This document shows positions 50,524 to 50,578 of a stretch of DNA of 50,578 bases, piece by piece. The stretch lies in UHGV virus genome UHGV-1367765; one strand, given 5' to 3'. The notes beneath the pieces are model-generated. The model saw only the letters and a list, made by a program, of their open reading frames with translations. It was not told where the DNA came from and did no database searches. The stretch is from a virus. A program made the translations under genes and the position numbers. Position 1 is the stretch's first letter. Each line of letters opens with the position of its first letter.

Positions 50524-50578
50524 GGTAATGACTCCAACTTATTGATAGTGTTTTATGTTCAGATAATGCCCGATGACT
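50524..50578 (-). mobile_element. IS1 right-end terminal fragment, inverted relative to the copy at 1-55
   Basis: GGTAATGACTCCAACTTATTGATAGTGTTTTATGTTCAGATAATGCCCGATGACT is the exact reverse complement of positions 1-55. Confidence 0.85.

Overview
The window reads as enterobacterial (most likely Escherichia coli) prophage DNA, bounded at both edges by inverted IS1 ends (1-55 and 50524-50578), each cutting a phage gene. Between them lie two lambdoid prophage genomes in the same orientation, separated by a 46-bp copy of the 3' end of a tRNA-Thr (thrW-type att core, about 14253-14298). Prophage A (56 to about 14250) is a defective DLP12-like remnant: tail-fibre fragments, bor, Rz/Rz1, endolysin R, holin, a DNA methyltransferase, an intact NmpC-type porin, a Q antiterminator, nin-like genes (DUF968-like, KilA-N, RusA, LexA-like, PerC-like), a truncated O-like gene with iteron repeats, DUF551, xis and int; it has no immunity or head genes. 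Prophage B (about 14300 to 50523) is nearly complete: contractile-tail baseplate, sheath, tube and tape measure genes, head genes, terminase, lambda-type S/R/Rz/Rz1, two tRNA genes, Q, a nin region with an HNH endonuclease and a Dam methylase, DnaB-like helicase, O with ori iterons, cII, a phage-434-type cro/OR/cI immunity region, nutL/nutR, N, erf and ssb; its integrase end is missing past the right IS1. The candidates for an undescribed accessory function are the secreted protein co-transcribed with cI, the terminator-flanked DUF4236 cassette inside the tail operon, the coupled PerC-like/LexA-like pair, and several other terminator-flanked inserts. All calls rest on reading the supplied ORF translations and sequence by eye and from memory of known families; no database search was run. 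Non-CDS coordinates are approximate to a few bases.
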